The position numbers and the translations under genes were made by a program. A DNA stretch of 16,872 nucleotides from Fidelibacterota bacterium (lineage in GTDB: Bacteria; Fidelibacterota; UBA2242), in contig JBNGDF010000042.1 of the NCBI GenBank assembly GCA_049975265.1, forward strand, positions 1-16,872, written 5' to 3'. Below, one piece after another: positions 15,508-16,872 of the stretch; positions within the stretch are counted from its first letter, which is position 1; every line of letters starts with the position of its first letter. The notes under the pieces are model-generated. The model made no database searches. It was given only the letters and a program-made list of their open reading frames with translations, and was not told the origin of the DNA.

Positions 15508-16707
15508 ATGGCGAAACGAACAATTGTTACCATGCCCGGTGATGGGATTGGTAAAAATGTCCTCCGGGAAGCGCTGCGCGTTCTGGATGCAGCCGGTTTC
15601 GAAGCGGATTATGTGGATGCTGATATCGGCTGGGAATTCTGGTGCCGGGATGGCAATCCGCTGCCCCAACGAACCTTGGACCTGATCGAAAAGCATAAAA
15701 TCGCGCTGTTTGGGGCGATCACCTCAAAGCCCAAAGATGCCGCGGCTGCCGAACTCAGTCCCGATTTACAGAGCAAAGGATTGGTCTATTCCAGCCCGAT
15801 CGTCGGTCTGCGGCAGCATTTCAACCTGGATATCTGTATGCGTCCCTGTCGTTCCTATAAGGGCAATCCACTGAATTTCATCCGGCGCGGTGCCGGGGAC
15901 TCAATCGAGGAGCCGGAAATCGATGTGGTCATTTTCCGCCAGAACACCGAGGGTCTTTACGGCGGGGTGGAGTGGAGCAATCCGCCGGATATCGTATACG
16001 AAGCCCTGATGACTCATCCCAAGTTTGTCAAAAATTTCAGTCAAACGCCCAGAGAGGAGCTGTCGGTCTCGACCCGGATATTTACCAGGAGAGCCACCGA
16101 GCGGATTTTGCGGGCGGCGTTTGACCATGCGAAAAATTACGGATATCGCTCGGTTACAGTCTGTGAAAAACCCAATGTTATCCGTGAAACCTCCGGAATG
16201 ATGTACAAGATGGCACAGCAGATCCAGAAAAGCGATTATCCGGAGATTGAACTTTGGAATACCAATATCGACGCTCAGATGATGTGGCTGACCAAGAATC
16301 CGGAAGATTATGGTGTCATCGTGGCGGGGAACATGTTCGGGGATATCGTTTCCGACGGATTTGCGGGGCTCATCGGCGGGCTGGGTTTTGCCTGCTCGGC
16401 GCAGTTTAATCCCGACAGCGGCATCGGCGTTTTTGAGCCGACCCACGGCTCGGCGCCGAAGTATGCCGATTATCCGGTCTCCATCGTCAATCCGATCGCC
16501 ATGATCGAGTCCGCCTGTATGATGCTGGATTTCATCGCTGAAAACGATCTGGCAGCCCGAATCCGTAAAGCCGTGGCAGAGGTCATTGCCGAAGGGAAGG
16601 TCCGGACATATGATATGCTCAAAATGCCCGGGCGACCGGATGTGCTGGAAAGGGGCGCCACTTCGACGCAGCAGATGGCAGATGCAATCATTGAAAAGAT
16701 AAAGTAA
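15508..16707 (+). CDS. Beta-decarboxylating dehydrogenase (isocitrate/isopropylmalate family), homoisocitrate-dehydrogenase-like
   Basis: PGDGIG, LFGAITS, YSSPIVGLRQ, FRQNTEGLY, EKPNV, NMFGDIVSD, FEPTHGSAP, NPIAMI; AAGGAG RBS. Confidence 0.92.
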   Translation: MAKRTIVTMPGDGIGKNVLREALRVLDAAGFEADYVDADIGWEFWCRDGNPLPQRTLDLIEKHKIALFGAITSKPKDAAAAELSPDLQSKGLVYSSPIVGLRQHFNLDICMRPCRSYKGNPLNFIRRGAGDSIEEPEIDVVIFRQNTEGLYGGVEWSNPPDIVYEALMTHPKFVKNFSQTPREELSVSTRIFTRRATERILRAAFDHAKNYGYRSVTVCEKPNVIRETSGMMYKMAQQIQKSDYPEIELWNTNIDAQMMWLTKNPEDYGVIVAGNMFGDIVSDGFAGLIGGLGFACSAQFNPDSGIGVFEPTHGSAPKYADYPVSIVNPIAMIESACMMLDFIAENDLAARIRKAVAEVIAEGKVRTYDMLKMPGRPDVLERGATSTQQMADAIIEKIK

Positions 16708-16710
16708 TTT

Positions 16711-16872
16711 TTTGCCACGGAGACACGGAGGGCTCAGAGACCTTTTATTGATTAATTTCAATTCACGTTTGATGAAAGAAGGAGTGAAACGATTTATTAT
16801 TTGAACAGAGATGTTTGGAATATATTGGAAAAATAAAAATTTTCTTAGTGTACTCTGTGCCTCTGTGGCAAA
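16711..16872 (+). mobile_element. Inverted-repeat element of the CACGGAG/CTCTGTG family carrying a gene remnant
   Basis: Left arm 16711-16740 pairs with right arm 16843-16872 at 19 of the outer 20 positions, counting 2 G-T pairs; about 100 nt AT-rich interior. Confidence 0.7.
16742..16804 (+). pseudogene. C-terminal remnant of a GxxExxY-family protein gene
   Basis: Translates as LLLINFNSRLMKEGVKRFII*, resembling the family C-terminus as I recall it (GLLINFNxxxLKxGIKRxx). The rest of the gene is absent. Confidence 0.7.

Noticed and set aside
12458..16707. Standard leucine operon (leuCDB)
   Set aside because: No leuA or ilv genes are in the window, and the dehydrogenase motif is not LeuB-like, so gene symbols were withheld.
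2610..16761. Long alternative ORFs (e.g. 2610-3410 -, 6996-7718 -, 9808-10437 +, 10946-11932 +, 15901-16761 -)
   Set aside because: They lie antisense to, or out of frame within, well-supported genes and show no recognisable motifs; typical shadow ORFs.
1..16872. Autonomous IS, prophage, diversity-generating retroelement, tRNA or rRNA
   Set aside because: No transposase, integrase, reverse transcriptase or phage ORF, no TR/VR pair, and no recognisable structural RNA gene.

Overview
Bacterial genomic DNA of roughly 50-55% GC by eye, with AT-rich intergenic spacers. A diderm host is implied by the TonB-dependent receptor; the lineage cannot be assigned from this window. It holds 15 intact genes: wecB; lipoprotein + TonB-dependent receptor + HAD hydrolase; an Rrf2 regulator + pstSCAB; a minus-strand citrate-lyase-like pair (CitD-CitE fusion + CitF); and, divergent from that pair, a LeuC/LeuD-type (homo)aconitase, a CDF transporter and a homoisocitrate-dehydrogenase-like enzyme. 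The most unusual content is intergenic. A family of small elements bounded by CACGGAG.../...CTCTGTG inverted arms occurs as two complete copies and two orphan right arms, all in the sense orientation. One complete copy still carries about 20 codons resembling the C-terminus of a GxxExxY (PD-(D/E)xK-type) gene. The other pairs over 18 of 18 positions only if G-U pairs are allowed, which points to an RNA-level structure. There are also 7-nt-periodic arrays and a nested REPIN-like palindrome. All family assignments rest on motif recognition, not database searches.
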